Part shown: positions 23,225 through 37,789 of the stretch, one piece after another
Layout of the letters: every line of letters begins with the position of its first letter
Position numbering within the stretch: the first letter of the stretch is position 1
From: Cycas panzhihuaensis
Lineage: Eukaryota; Plantae; Cycadophyta
NCBI GenBank assembly: GCA_023213395.1
Contig: CM041465.1
Span: 219,487,741 to 219,551,740, forward strand
Direction: 5' to 3'
DNA: 64,000 nucleotides
The notes under the pieces: generated by a model
Told to the model about the DNA's origin: nothing
Databases searched by the model: none
Seen by the model: only the letters and a program-made list of their open reading frames with translations
Program-made: the position numbers and the translations under genes

Positions 23225-25000
23225 TCATTGTGAGGACTTTAGAGGCTTCTTGAGTCTAGCTTGGATCACAATGGCCTCAATCGCCAAGCACTTCACTATG
23301 GCAGAGTCGCACGTAGTCACCCCTATCTTAAGGACTTTGATGTGGACTTCTGGGTGAAGGGCATTGACAAAGAGGTCCCTCTTCAACTCCTCAAGCAAAG
23401 TCGCCTTGGTGGAATGAAGAAGGTTGTGGAAACATCTCACAAAGTCACAATTCATTTCATCATGACCTTGTTTAAGAGACAAAAGGGATTTCATCCCACT
23501 CTTGAATGGACGAGCTACGTCAAAGCAGTTTACGAATTCATCCACGAGCTACTGGAATAAAAAAATAGAATGTGCGGGTAGGTGATAAAACAACTTGAGG
23601 GCATTGCCTTGAAGGGATCTCAAAAAAAGTTTCATGAGAATGTGGTTGTAGGCTCAATAGTCGATGCATGCCATAGAGAAACTACGAACATGCTCTGCTA
23701 GGTCCTGCAACGAAGTCCCATTGAATTTGGGGACTTCAGGAGGGTGAGGCGATAGGTTAGTTCTTAATACCTCGATAGATAGGGGTGTCGACCTGTAGTC
23801 CATAAAGGGGTGTACCCTTGACTAGACTATAGGGTCAACAGAAGCTAGAAAAGATGGTGGGCAAGGTTACTTGAATCCTCCTTGGAGGGTTTGGTTCAAA
23901 AGGGGATGTTATCCTCCCACCATTTGGTAAGAGGACACGAATCCCACATTCGAAAAGACATGCATAGGAATGAATGGGTGTGATGGACCCATCCCTCCTG
24001 GAGGGAATGCTCCTTATTGGAAAGGAGCTTGAGGGAAAATGCTTTAAGAGGGAATTGACCCTCCTTGTAAAGCTGTGATGTGAGGTGCCATACAGGATAG
24101 TATAAATGAGGGGTGAGGGACTGGATTTTGCCCATATGGTTTGCCTGTAGATGGCACGACCCCATAAGGGTGCAAAGGATCCACCTCGTAAGCAGGAAGG
24201 GAGTTCCCTCTACCATGCCCCCACAGTTGAGTGGTGTAACTAGGAGGTATGTAGAGAGAAGAGTCCCTAGGTTGGTATTGAGAGTTTGTGGGGATGGATA
24301 CCATGTGACTAGAAGTAGGGGGATATGCAGGTCCCCTAGGTCTAGTAGGCGGTGGATAAACAGTGGTGGGAGGAGGACTAATCGTTTAACTAGACGGGGC
24401 CATGCTCAACCCAAGTTGAGAAGAAGACATGTCCTGAGTGGTCCCTAAGGAACACATACCATGGGGAGAAGAGGAGGAGGTGAGAGGTAGGCTTATCATA
24501 GGTAAGGAGGTTGAATAGGATGAGCGAGGTGAAGGAGATGCAGAAGAAGGAAGCACTATGCTTCGCAAGGCATTCTCAAACCACTTAGGGTGCAGTTGGA
24601 GATAGGCGGCTTAGAAACATTGGCTTAAGGATTCTACTACATCGGTGGGAGGGGTATCCACCCGACCGTAAGAGGTGGAAGGAACCTCGTACAAAGCGGA
24701 CCCTATAGGATGATCCTCATGAGAATCACCATGATGGTGGTAAAACTCTAAAGGAGACAAAGGCTTTACTTCATGAATAGAGGGATGGTGAGATTGCAGG
24801 TGTTGTTGGTCACCTGAATAATAGATGAGATCTTCACTTCCTTGGGCAGACCCTTGGAAGGAAGTAGAGAGCTCAAGGGAATTGGACATATAGGCCTGAT
24901 ATGCCCAATCTGAAAGAGATCCCTTCATAATCGAGTTGGGATCTGATGTGGGTAGGGAGTGATATGAGGGTTCTTCCAACAACAGAGGTAGACCTCGTAA
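23225..25000 (-). pseudogene. gag: gag of element A (Pro-rich N-terminus plus Retrotrans_gag core)
   Basis: PEVPKFNGTS..D.AEHVRSF..MKLF..SLQGNALK.F; LLSLKQGHDE..DFVR.F..KRDLFVNAL. Confidence 0.85.
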
Positions 25001-25160
25001 GCGACGTGAGAATCATCACATGCAAGTTCTACCTATGTGCTAGAAGAAAAGAGAAATAAGGTAGTACACATATTAGGAGCTACCCAACAAGACCAAAAGG
25101 GAAATCTACCAAGCAGAAGTAGCACTAATAGGAAGGGAGAAAGATTGATCCCCTTACTGT

Positions 25161-25182
25161 CGGGTCCCCAGTCTGGTCGCCA
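25161..25182 (-). promoter_or_regulatory. PBS of element A, probably tRNA-Arg type
   Basis: Minus strand TGGCGACCAGACTGGGGACCCG, 1 nt from the LTR end; resembles the Ogre/Tat TGGCGACTCCACTGGGGA class. Confidence 0.85.
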
Positions 25183-25183
25183 G

Positions 25184-28100
25184 TGGAATCACATCTATGG
25201 GATGGAAACTATGCCTAGTTAGGATTAGGTTCATCAACAGAACGCTCTAGAATAAAGAAACAATCTAACAAGTGAAGGTAATCACCCGCACAGGGTGTCT
25301 ATGCGTTAGAACGCAAGCTCAAGACCCACGAATGGCACACAACTTCCCTCTACATAACTTAGCTTTAGTTTTTGGAGTAGCACCAGCGAGGGATATCCTC
25401 AGTTTCCCAAGTAACCTCAAAATGTAGGTCTTCCTGCCCTTGGATGGCCAGAAGGGAGGAGGAAGACCCAACGAGGAGACAGATCCTTGTAGAGGGTGAA
25501 GGGGTATGGATAGAGTGTATGTAAGCAAGTGGCACGGGAGACACACACTTGTAAGGGTGGTGTCAAGTAACCACCTCATGCATAGGACCAACCCAAAATG
25601 GAAGGAATCAAGATTATTAAGTTATTATAGATGTGTTAGGGTTAGAGGAGGACATACTAGAGGATAAATCCTCCTTGAACTAACTCACCAAAAGCGGGTC
25701 TAGGGGAGTAAAGGATGATGGCAGAATAAGCTCTCAACATCCTATGGGTGAAAGAGTCTACTTTCGATGTGTAATAGTGAAATGGTGTCTAATTGGCTAT
25801 ATGTGTAAACAAGAGATAAAAGAAACGATAAATATACTCTCTCTCTTGTTCTTCTTTCAAATGTGAACCCTCACTCTTTTTTTACTTTAAACAAAAAAAG
25901 GGAGATGAGGGAGGCAATCTAATCTAGCACAAAACATACATGCTAAAGATGCAAAACCTAAGAGGTTATATGCAATCAAATAGAAAGAGGAAGGGGATAT
26001 CTCCTATCTCATGCTCTTTCCTAAAATACAAGTATGGCATGCATATCTAAAAAATAAGGTATAAACTAGTTCCTTTTTCTCCTTTTCCTTTATGTTTTTT
26101 ATGCAAACATGCAAGCTTGAGAGGTAAGAAAAGAAAAGAACTACAAAAGATAAAGGGCGGCATACCTAGAAAGTTATGCGGCTGAAACAAGGTCATTATC
26201 TTGCACTGCACTCGCTTCTCCTTTCCTTCCTCCCAACACACGGGCAGTGTAAGGTGATGGCATTAGGGCTCCCTTACCTTCCCTGGATTGAAAAGAAAAG
26301 GCAAGAGAAAGCAAAAAGAAAGTCTATGCTAGTAGTGGAAAAGACCAAGAAAAAGAAAGGGTAAGAGGTGTACCTGGATTGAAATGCTTTGTCCTTCTCT
26401 GTGAGTAACGTAGTAAAACCTACAATCACAAAGGTTTTCTTCCCTTTTCTAAGGGGCTGCTAGAGTGCCAAACGAATATATATATATATAGCAAAAAGCA
26501 CTTTAAATCAAGTAAATTTCCAACCAAGTAGACAACTTCTAATCTCCTCCAAAACAAGTGACACAAGACAAAGGATGTGGATGGTTAGCCTCGGAATGGC
26601 TAGCCCTCCAATGAGCACACCTCCATGCTACCTCTAAGCACAAGAATAGTAGGTTGGGATAGCCTAATGGTAGAAAATAATGAGAGAAACAAATAGCATA
26701 AAGTTTGTAAATATTGTCTATGTTGCAAGTGTTGCTATGTACAGCAATTTACAACTTTGATTAAGCCAAGACCCAAAGTCGATATGTGGCACTACTTGGG
26801 GCTAGAAAATCTACCCAAGTGAGGCACTCAAGCCTTGAACCAATGCAACAAGGGGTTGTGTATGCCAATACCAGTGATGGCTTACTTCTAGGAGCTTCCC
26901 AGTAGCCCAACGAAAACATAAGAGGAAAAGAGGAAAAGAGGAGAAGGGGGTTGCCCTTGAGGAGCAGGCCTAGTTGGGTACGGAACCCGCCTTGGCTCCT
27001 TTCTCTCACTCTTCAAGGACCTCTCCTCACAACCTCCTTAGAGAAACCAAGAGAAAGCAAGAAGGTAATATGGACAGAAAGAGAGTAGTGAAGGGAATAC
27101 CCCCTGTATGTACTAGAAAGTTGTAAAATAAAAGATATACAAAGTGATCTAATCTCTTTTAAAGAAGTTTAAAAGGGAAAAAATGGAACAAATTATTGGG
27201 TAATATGACAACAATGGTTGGAGGCTAAAATTTTGACATGTTGGCAACGCGGGTTCCCCCCAAACCTTCCTCTTGGGGTTCCAAGGGGGGGCGGGAGCCC
27301 CCCTTGGCGAGGGGGGTGTGGGGAGCATGGAATGCTCCCCTCAAAGAGGGGGTTCAGGGGCAATAGCCCCCAACCCAAAAATTTAGCACTAGAAGTATAT
27401 TAAATTGTAAATAGAATCAGGGACGTTCGCTCAAAATACCCTAGATTCTATGGTCAAGATTTGTTCCTTGGATGACCCTCTCATGTAGCCTGATTTAGGG
27501 TATTTTTTATTATGTTGATAGTATTCAATGTACTGTGAAGAGTTTGGTGGTCGGTTGTTGTTGGTGTGAGCACTCTACTACAGGATCATGTATATTTTCT
27601 CCATTTTGTGATAATAAAGATTGATATTTTTTCTATGTGGATGTCTCTCTATCACATTGTGAAGGTTTTACCATGTTATATCAGGTGTATTTATGTGCTT
27701 AGCTTTCTTGTTCAGTTTATTATTTTATCTCTAGTTTAAGAACTTACATGTAATTTTTAGTTTTGAATTCTGTAACTAGTTGTAAGAATAATTTAGATCT
27801 TAGTGGCGATTTAAGGGTTGGGATCTTGTCTTCTCAACACAAACATGGGGTGGTACTTATTGGGTTGGATTAGTTGCAAGTCTGCCTAAGAGAAAGGTAG
27901 AAAAAGACAGATCTATGGTGCTTACAGGCGAATCCCTACAAGAGTTATTAAACCTGGAGAGAAGCTTGTTGAAACTTATTGATAGAGCATGGAGGTGACA
28001 CTTAGAGCATATCCTTTCTTGGAGAAGCTTATTCATGAGCCTACTACTATAGATCTGAGCTAGAGAAGGTGGATCTCAAGCTAGGACATAGGAACCTCAA

Positions 28101-28921
28101 ATGTTACATGGCATTCCTGTAGAAGACTACCTGTGTAAGTAGGAGAAGAGAGGAGAATAGGTGGAAGAAGAGAAGGAAAATAAAGTTCTTTTGGGTTTTA
28201 TACCTAACCCTAGCTTGAATGGATGATTAGGGTTAGGCTGGGACTCGAGGGATGACTAAGCCATATGGCAGTTGCATGAAAAAAGTGAAATTTGCCACGG
28301 CAAATTTTAAAAAATGTTTTATGATAGTCGCCCCACGGTAAACTTCGCGGTACAATGAAGTTTACAGTGATACTAAGACATTTACCGCAGTGAGGTGACA
28401 GAGGCAAAAATAAGACAAAAATAGGTGCCTGGGAGCCCTAAAGGAGGGTACCCCAGGCCTAAGAGGGGCCAACCCTCTGTCTAGGTGGTTGGGGATAATC
28501 ATATGGAAGGGATGACCTAAACCGAATGGGGTACCAGAGCGGTAGGGTTCCCAGGAAATTGATAAAATGGATAGGAATGCACCAATCATACCTAGTAGGG
28601 CACTAGGGGTTATGATGTGGTGATAAGGGTGTGAACAGATCACATGGGCTAGTTGGTGCTTGAGACCACATGAAGGTGTATATGAGGGTTGTGGAGTACC
28701 ATTAGGATGCATGTCCCATAGATCGTCATAGGCTAAAAGAGTATCAAGCAATATGATCAAGCAGCAGATGCAAGATGATCACTCAAATGTATCAATCAGC
28801 GATGTAATAAAAGGACACTTTAGTTTACCTTTTTATAGAAGTAGCAAAGGTAAAGGATAGAACCATACCTATACTTACCTAATTTGACTTGCTAAGAACC
28901 ATTCCCAGTAGCTGGGAAATA
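25184..28921 (-). repeat. 5' LTR of element A, interrupted by a solo LTR
   Basis: Direct repeat of 4818-16218; terminal CA decayed to TA at 28920-28921. Confidence 0.92.
27194..27839 (+). mobile_element. Solo LTR (646 bp), probably copia type
   Basis: Absent from the sister LTR (15137-15141); termini tattggg (TG to TA) and ctcaaca; TSD caaat/caaac; GC-rich hairpins 27250-27375. Confidence 0.85.
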
Positions 28922-29149
28922 GGCTTATACTTATGGGGTCTCTTTCACTCACACCTTTTTATAATGCTTTTATAAGTTGATCATATAAGGTGCCATGTGT
29001 CACCTTGCATGATCAACCCTTCATATTCCCATCTTATGTAATAATTTTATATTATTATATATATATACAGTTGATTTTTAATATATTAATAAAAGATATA
29101 TACTAGTTTTGGTAATTTATTTTCTACTCTCATGAATCAAGTGTGTGTA

Positions 29150-30000
29150 ATTTTATAGAGATGATAGATCTAGAGCAATTATATTACTTCCTTGGTATGA
29201 AGACACTTATATGTCACAGATTAAATATACTATGGATATGTTGAAGAAATACAACATAAGTGAATACAAGTCAAGTTCTACTCCTATTGAACTTAGATTA
29301 AAATTAAGTAAAAATAAAGTTTCTATTTTAGTTTATTCTACTTTGTATCATCAACTGATAGGAAACCCAACTTATTTAACTAATACTCGACTAGAAACAA
29401 TATATGTAGTAAACTTAACCTTGATATATATATCAAAACCAAATGAAGAACATTAGGAAACAACGAAAATGATCCTTAGATACATCAAAGAAACATTAAA
29501 CTATGGACTTTGGTACACTCCATCAAAGGAATTCAAGTTGATTAGATATTTAGATGTAAATTAGGTAAGTAATATTGAAGATAGAAAATCAATTTTAGGA
29601 TATGTATTTAATGTTAGTTTAGCATCTATATCGTAGAATACAAAGAAATAACCATCAGTTTCTTTATCAACAATAGAAGCAAAATATAAAATAGTTGATT
29701 AGCAAGAAGACAAGCAACTTGGCTTAGAAGAATTCTTAAATATATTCATAAATCTCAACAAAATCAATAGTGACCTTTTATGATAATCAAAGTATAATCC
29801 AAATGACTAAGAATCTAGTTATGCACAGCAAAATAAAGCATATGGATATCAGGAATTGTTACATCAGAGAACTCATTCAAAATTAGCAAGTTTAGCTTTA
29901 ATATTACAAAATAAAAGAATAAGTTACAAGCATCTTTACTAAGGTATTATCAAAGGACAAGCATCTCTAGCTCAAACATAATCTAGATATACATCCAAAT
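29150..30000 (+). pseudogene. Old copia RT C-terminus and RNase H remnant
   Basis: MIDLEQLYYFLGM, SQIKY..DMLKKY, YHQLIGNP.YLTNTR, LRYIKETLNYGL, DRKS..GYVF, MHSKIKHMDI. Confidence 0.85.
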
Positions 30001-30494
30001 CTATATTATAGGAAAGCATTAGAAGATAATACACATTCAATGTAATTAATTAAGTAAAAGTTCATAGATGATTAGTTAACATAAAGGCCAAATGTGACTA
30101 GTTATAAGTGAGGCACATATGCCCATAACATGACTATAAGTATATCTACATGGTGACATGTATATTGATATTCTGATATGATTATGATTTTGATATAATT
30201 AAACTCCATTATGACATTACTCTAATATTGTTCTATTGATCCTGGTTATTATATCCTATGTGGTTATATATCTAAGACTAATATACCTACATGTCATGTT
30301 TAGGGTTGTCATCCATTATTTGTATAGTATACATCACCTACAATTATAGGTTTTATTACACTTGTGATGGAGAAAGGCCTAATCCCTTTATAGCCTTCTT
30401 ATATTGTAAAACCCCCTTAGATGTAGGTATCAACCTATCATGGGCTATCTTGGGTATTCATCTTAGTTTATTTGGGAACTACTTGTATAGTTGT

Positions 30495-33386
30495 TATTTC
30501 CCAACTTCTGAGAACGACATTTGGATGATCAATCAAGCATGGTAAGTGCAAGTATAATTTCTACCCTTCTTGTTATCTTTTTATTTCATTTACATGTGTT
30601 TGGATCATGTGGTGGATGGATGCTTAATACTTCTACTTGATTGATTAGGCCATGTCCCCTATTTTTTAGTCGATAATGAGCAGGACATTGTCCATGGCCC
30701 TTATGTCTCTCTATTAGTGTTACTGAGTCAGAAAATAGATACATCCCTACTTGTAAGAAGCTCGTTCCCTCATTTTGATTAATTATTTTTGCACATTGTG
30801 CCTCGTTTTACCTTGTTTCCATCTGTCAATGATAGGTGAACATCCACAGACCCTTATTTCTGAGACTTGCTAGCCTATGCTTAAGTAAAACCATCAATGT
30901 TTTCTTTTTGCTATCATACCACTTTGATTCCTATATATATTGTCATACCACTGAGAACTTCATGGTACCACTAAAGAATTCATGGTATGACTATCATAGT
31001 GCCTAGATCTAGTTTTAATTACTATCAATATGCTATTAATGTGCCTAAATTACCCCTCCGATAGACCCTATCAGTCTAGGCCACTTGAATTCACCTTGGA
31101 GGGCAAAAATAGTCTGTAAATATTTCCTTTTTCCTAGACTTTTCTTGTTTAGAGCACCCAATCTCCTCAAATCTCCCAATTAGTCCCTAGTTTTCTAGAG
31201 TGGTTTCCCCCACATTATGGGTAGAAAACCACTTGCCCCCTGCCCTTGTTTTTTTCTATAAAACCCCTATATTTTTTTAGAAAGAAGGGGGAGATCATTT
31301 GTAAGAAGGAATTGCTATGAAGATGCTGCTAAAATTTTGCCAAATCTACTAGTATTTGGGGATTCATCTAGCAAACATAGTAAGGATTGGAGAGATACTT
31401 CTGTAGTAGCCAAAGGAGCCCTTGAGGAATGATGATTGTGAAGCTAATGACCACTTTTCTCTAAAATTGGGATATGGTAAACCACTCCTAAGCTTAGGAT
31501 TTATTATCTTTCTCCTTGTTTCCATCATATTCTCTACCATGTTGTGAGGATTTTGATGATTGAGGTTGGCTAATGTTTCCTTAATTTCTTTCCTTATCTC
31601 CACTTAATATTGCTCATATTTTTACTTGATACTTTTCTTTCCTTACATGATATTAAGTTATTCCAACTTGAATGTTGATGATATTCACCCCCCTTTATTT
31701 ATTTGTCAAATCCAATTTCACTTATTAGATGAGTATGCAAGTATATAGAGAGGTCTCCTAAGTAAGGCTTAGGAAACCAATGATATAGGATAAATGGTGT
31801 CATTCTGAGACTCTCAACCATATCTCCTTTACCATTCTTATTTTGTGATTGTTAGTTCATAGATGGCATTTTTCTTATTCCATAATTTATATGATATTGC
31901 TAGTTATCTCATTATTAAGTGATATATTTATGCATGTTGTATGCCTTTAAGAGAGAAAGCTAATCTATGTACAAGAAGGAAGAATAACTATTGGTTCAAC
32001 AAGATTTACATAAAGGAACTTACCATTATTATTGGTTGCAATCATCCATAGAAGAGGTAAGCGGTAATGGTTCTTATTTGAGATTTCCTTTGCGTTTCTT
32101 GTCTCTTTTTTTAAGTTTTGTTTCTTTCTTCCTTTTCGTCATAAGGGAAACTGACAAGTGGAAATGCTACCAAGTTTCTCTCAAGGGGAGGTAAGTGAAC
32201 CCTCCATAACCATCATTAAATCTACCATGTAGTAAGTGAGGATGCAAGAGTTGTCACCATCAAAAATTATTGTCATAGGTACAGATTTCCTTCTCCTCTC
32301 ATTTTTTTTATCACAATAATTAATTTTGTTCCACTTCATTTTCAAAAAAAAAGAAAGAAAGAAAGATAGGAGAGATAAAATAGAGGAAAAGAAGGGTATT
32401 TGGTTCGAGAAGGAGGAAATAACAAAAAGAAAGAAGGGAAAGAGAGACAGGCATCCTTTGATTGATTATTATCTTTTCCTACTCTTATTTCTCATCTCAC
32501 TCAATTTCGCATTTTTTTCCAAAAGAGAGAGAGAGAGAGAGAGATAGAAGAGACAAAGAAGAAGAAAAGAAGGATATTGGGGTTGAGGAAGTAAGAAGCA
32601 ATAAAAAAGAAAGACGGGAAAGAGGGAGAGGTACTCTTTGATTAATCACCCGCTTTCTGTACTCTTATTTTCTTATCTTACTCAATCCCCCTTTTTTTCC
32701 CAAAAAAAAGAAAAGAAAAGAAGAAAAGCAAAGGTTTTCTTCATTCTCATTTTGTTTCTTCAAATATCACTCTTCAGCATCCCTTACGTTTTATATATTG
32801 TTACTTGCATTTAGGATAAACCTCTAAAAATAAAAAACACACACATATATATATATATAAACAACAAACAAAACGAAACTAAAAAACCAAATAAAAAGAA
32901 AAGAGCAAAAGAACTAAGATGGTGACTAGAATCCCTCACTATATATACTAGAAATATTCCCATCCTTACTTTTCCCTTTTTATGCAAGATTTAAGAACAA
33001 AGGAAATATTGTATTATCACAGGTTCTCAAACTCATAGGGTCTAGCATCCCATTAGTTGACACTCCCTTTGCATACTAGATATAAGAGACTCATTGGTAC
33101 GTGACCCATACATTTCACCTTCTTTTCTTTTAGGTCAATCATACGTGCCTTAGAAATTAGGGGGTGAAACCTTCTCCATATATGTATTCTCATTCAGGTT
33201 GCCCTAGGTAGTAGTATAGTTATGACATGAGGTCGTCACTTACCCTGCTTTTTGCATCCAAGAGTTGTGTAGACACCTTAAGTAGGATGTCGAGAGTTGT
33301 CCTCCCTTCTAGCTTGTTGCATTTGCCCCAGGCTCATTCATTAGGTTTTGATTATAGTTCTTCTCCCTTGCCTTAAGATCATTTCA
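30495..33386 (+). repeat. 5' LTR of element C (about 2.9 kb)
   Basis: tatttcccaac (TG to TA) ... atcatttca; aligns with 50245-53193. Confidence 0.93.
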
Positions 33387-33387
33387 C

Positions 33388-33409
33388 TGGTGACCATACT
33401 AGGGACTCG
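33388..33409 (+). promoter_or_regulatory. Degenerate PBS of C, same class as A
   Basis: tggtgaccatactagggactcg versus TGGCGACCAGACTGGGGACCCG. Confidence 0.8.
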
Positions 33410-33559
33410 CCTGTAGGGAGAATTGTGTGACTCACAATACTTCCTCTTATTTCCTTTCTATTCTCCTTTCTTTAGAGCATCCTTTTGGTAGAAGCAAGGA
33501 CTATTTTTTCTCATCTTAAGAAGTTTTTTTATTTTGATTTTTTCTTCTTGTTAGATCAC

Positions 33560-36500
33560 ATGGATGCATCACATTTCACATGTCTATATGGATTGCCTCC
33601 TTTAAATATTTCTACCCGTACACCTCTATCAACTTGAGTGAACAAGAGTCACCGATTGAGGAGTATCCTGAAGGGTGGGCTAACCAACCTTATGCCTATG
33701 ATTGGCCTCAATGTGAAGCCCCCTACCCTTATCAGGGTCTTGCCCATGCAAGTGGTGACCCCTTTAATCAAGTCCCTCCTCAATAAGAAGGGCATCCTAT
33801 TCATCCTTATTCTTATTCCCCTGAGGAAACCCATCTCCATGATCCTTCATTATATCATGAACATATAACCAATGACTTTCCTTCTTATCTTGTTCATGAA
33901 GGAGAGCCTTCAGCCTCCCTTAACCCTAATCATACTCCTCCTAGTGATGAAGGTAAAGCATTGAGAAAGTATTTCAAAGTGGTCACCTGCTAACCTCCTC
34001 CTAAGTGGTTGTGGTAATTCCTTGTGACTTCTCCCATAGTTTCTCTCACCATCCCTTCATCATATACTACTCAAACGTTACCTTATGTTTCATCTGATGT
34101 TGCTCTTGTAACTCACATATCTCAACCTTTGTCAACTGAATATGAGCCAATTCATGATGATGCTCTGCCATATAATGAAGGGATTACAACCTCTATTCAT
34201 TCTTCACTTCCTCCACCCACCTCGTTATACCTCTTGTCCTTACATACAACTTCCACTCATCCATATTACCTTGGGTAGTCAGGTACACCTCTTACTCATC
34301 CATATCCTCGTATGCTAGACCCTTCTTATACGTACCTCTAGGTTACACATCGTTACGTAGGGGCATGGGGGTTCTAACCCCTTGCTTACTCATAGGGTTG
34401 ATCCACTCCACCCTTATGGAGTAGCCCCGTCTATTAGGGGATTATTTAGGCAAAATCCTTTGCCTCCTCCCCCCACTCAATCAACCTTTCCATCTTCGTA
34501 AGGTGTTTCCCTCCAAGGAAGCCTTCCCTTTTCTTGCCCATATACACCTCATAGTATAACTTACGACACCCTACCTCATTATTATCCATATCCTAGGGGT
34601 GGACCAAGGCATTCTCGACATCCTCCATACCCTTCCTACTCCTCCTCTCAATATGGAAGACCACCCTTACCATCATCCTAATTAGGAGGTGTTGCATATT
34701 AAGGCTATCCACCCAACCCTTACCCTACTCACACAGTTAATATGAGTAGTGGCTTTCTGCTAAGAGGATCCTTCCATCCCCCTCCTAATCTGTTGGCCTA
34801 ACCTAGAGGGTGACCTTTCGTGGATTATAGGTCTATCCCACTTGCAGTTAAGGCTCTTCAAACTAACTTGTCCCCACATCCCCTAGAAGTTCTTAAATTT
34901 GACGACACTTCCTCTTAAGACCTGACTAATCATGTCAGGTCTTTTGCCATGGCATGCATCGATTATTAGTCCTATGATCATATATTGATGAAGCTTTTTC
35001 CTTGTTCACTTCAAGGCAATGCCTTGAAGTGGTTTTATCGATTACCATTGCATTCAATTTCCACATTTCAATAATTAATTGATAATTTTATCAACTATTT
35101 TAATGTGGCTTACCCCTTTGAAAGTAGGGTTAAAGCATTACTATCCTTAAAGTAAGCTCATGATGAACTGAACCGTAATTTCTTACGACGATTTCATGAC
35201 CTCCTTCATTCTTCTAAGGCTATACTGCCTTAGGAATTAAAGAGGGACATTTTCATTAATGCCCTAAGACCCAAATTTCACACTGAAGTCCAAAAAATAG
35301 GGGTGACTACTTGCGATTCTGCCATTACTAAGTGCTTGGCACTTGAATCCATTAAGATCTAAGCTAGCCTCAAGAAGTTCACAAAGAATTTACAATGTTA
35401 TAAGGCACCACCTCCTTCATGCGAGAATAAGATCACTCTTCAACAAATGTCAAAGCCCCCTATTAATTCGAATGACAAGTTTAGACCCCTTAACTTTGGC
35501 TATCTAGTCATTTGAGTGAACGGTGTGTGACTTGAAGTTGTAACCAACCCAAGCATCACAGGAGCCACATCAATCATAAAACAAATACAAATAGGTCCAC
35601 CAAACTACCTAGACTCTACAACCTAAGAGCGAAAAAAATTATGTGCCTCAACCCAAGAGGGTGAGGCCCCTACCAAGAAAGAAGCAGTGCTTGGTTTATG
35701 GGTAATGCACCCATGATGATTCTAGGTGTTGGACACAACACCCAGAATTAGCCCCTCCTTGTGTTCTACCCATTAGGGTGAGTCTAAATTGAACTTAGAG
35801 CAACATGTGCACCAAGACCCTTTCCTAAATCATAAATAATAAAACTAACATATTCAGTAGCTAATGAGATAGAATAGGAACAAGAGGCCAACCTAGCCTT
35901 CTCCTATCAATCAATCAAAGGGGAAGGAACCCATGGATGGATCCTCCCTATTGATTCCTGTGACCCAATCCATCACCTCCTCTCAAACCATGAGTAAGGC
36001 TAGAGAACCCTTTACATCACAACAACACCCTCAAGGGGATTCTCCTCCTATTGAAATACCTATAGTTCTAAAGACTATTCCTATGCACCTAGGTAGGTAT
36101 GATTTTAGGCAATTCTCTTCCCTAACCCACTAGAAAAGGGAAGGAATTCTCTATCATCGAGGAGCTACATTCTCAACCTATCAAAAGGCACTCTTGTTGG
36201 AAGCCTTAGGGATCAACAATGGCTCAATTCATATGGTTGGTACCTCCTCTACTCGTGGGCCAAATCTTATCACATTCGATCCATACGATCTTCCTTCCCT
36301 AAAGGATAGACAATTATATTGGCACTATCCTTTTACCATTACCATCAAAACACTTAAAGTTACCCTTAAGAGGATTGTTATCGATAACAAATCTTCTGTA
36401 AATATGATGCTAGTTTATATGCTTAGGGAATTGGGAATTAAAACCCTTAAGTCAGTTCCCTGGAGGTTCCATGGGTATGATAGATTTGAAAAGGCTCCTT

Positions 36501-36673
36501 TAGGTATGGTCAAGCTTCTTTTGACCTTGGAGGATAAAATAGTCCAAGTGGACATGGTTATTTTGGACATTGAGGTTAATTATAACCTCCTTCTAGGGTG
36601 GTCATGGCTTGATCAAATGGGAGCAGTGTGTTCTTTAAGATGGGGACAACTTAAGTTTGCCCATCAAGGGTAA
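33560..36673 (+). pseudogene. gag: gag and protease of C
   Basis: HILMKLFPCSLQGNALKWFYRLP; IVIDNKSSVNMM..YNLLLGWSWLDQMGAVCS. Confidence 0.88.
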
Positions 36674-37789
36674 ATTAAAGTCATAATGCATGAACCTCCA
36701 CCAAATAACCCTTCTTAGTAGTTGTGCCATGTAATTTTTGGATTGATGAAGGAACAGGATGACCCACTTAAGGATGAGACACATCCTCATGATGATGGAA
36801 CCCTTCCTTCCCCTTCCCATGATTTGGTGTATTTTGCCCCTATAGGGGTCAAAAGCTATGGCTATTTGGCAGTCCTTAGTGACTCCATGTCTAGCGATGA
36901 GTATGAGGGATCTCCCCATCAAGATAATTATTTGAACTCAATGTAGGTAATTCCTCCCTCTCTCAACATTCCTCCCTCTTTTGGCCTAAATCCATCTAAT
37001 CATACCCTGATCCATGATCCACCTCCTCCTCTTTTTCCTGTGTGAGAATCTCATTATTTGAGGATGTGATTGTCTCGCCACAACCCTAGGATAGCCATCA
37101 ATCGCCATCCAGATCACCCAGACCTTCATGCCTATGAAGATGAAATAGAGGGATACAACCCCCCTCCTTCTATCCAAGCCACTTTCTAAGGAGAGATTCC
37201 TTGGGGTGGCTATGATAAATGGACCAACTTTGAGCCACAATCACTCTTAATCCCATCTCATTTACCATGCACAATAAACCTACTGAGGTATGTGGGGAAT
37301 TTGAACCCTACGATAGCTATTCTAGAAAATGCCAATTTATTGCCACCACCTGATGATAGTGATGACAACTCTAACTCAACCTTTTCATACAATGAGTCAA
37401 TTGTTTGTGATCTGAATCCATTCGACCCTCTTCCCTCATAATCTAGAAGTGAATTGATCATGCATGTGCATTATAACTCATTAGAAGAGTCTTCATATTG
37501 TGTTGACAAGACGTGGGATCAGTCACAACTTATTGACTCCTCATTAATGACATAAGTGCCTGTAAGCAAAACCATCCATAAAATTGATTACTTTAAAAGT
37601 GGCAAGGTTTTTCTTTAATATTTAGTGGGGAATATGCCTAACTTGCCAGGCAGTCATCATAAGCTAGGCTTTTAGAAGTTCCTTATTATTGGGTCACCCT
37701 TGGCCAACCCATACCAAGTAACTATGCCTCTGGAACCCTCTATAGACCAAGCCCCTCCTCATTTTGAAGAGGGAAATGTGTTATGTGTC

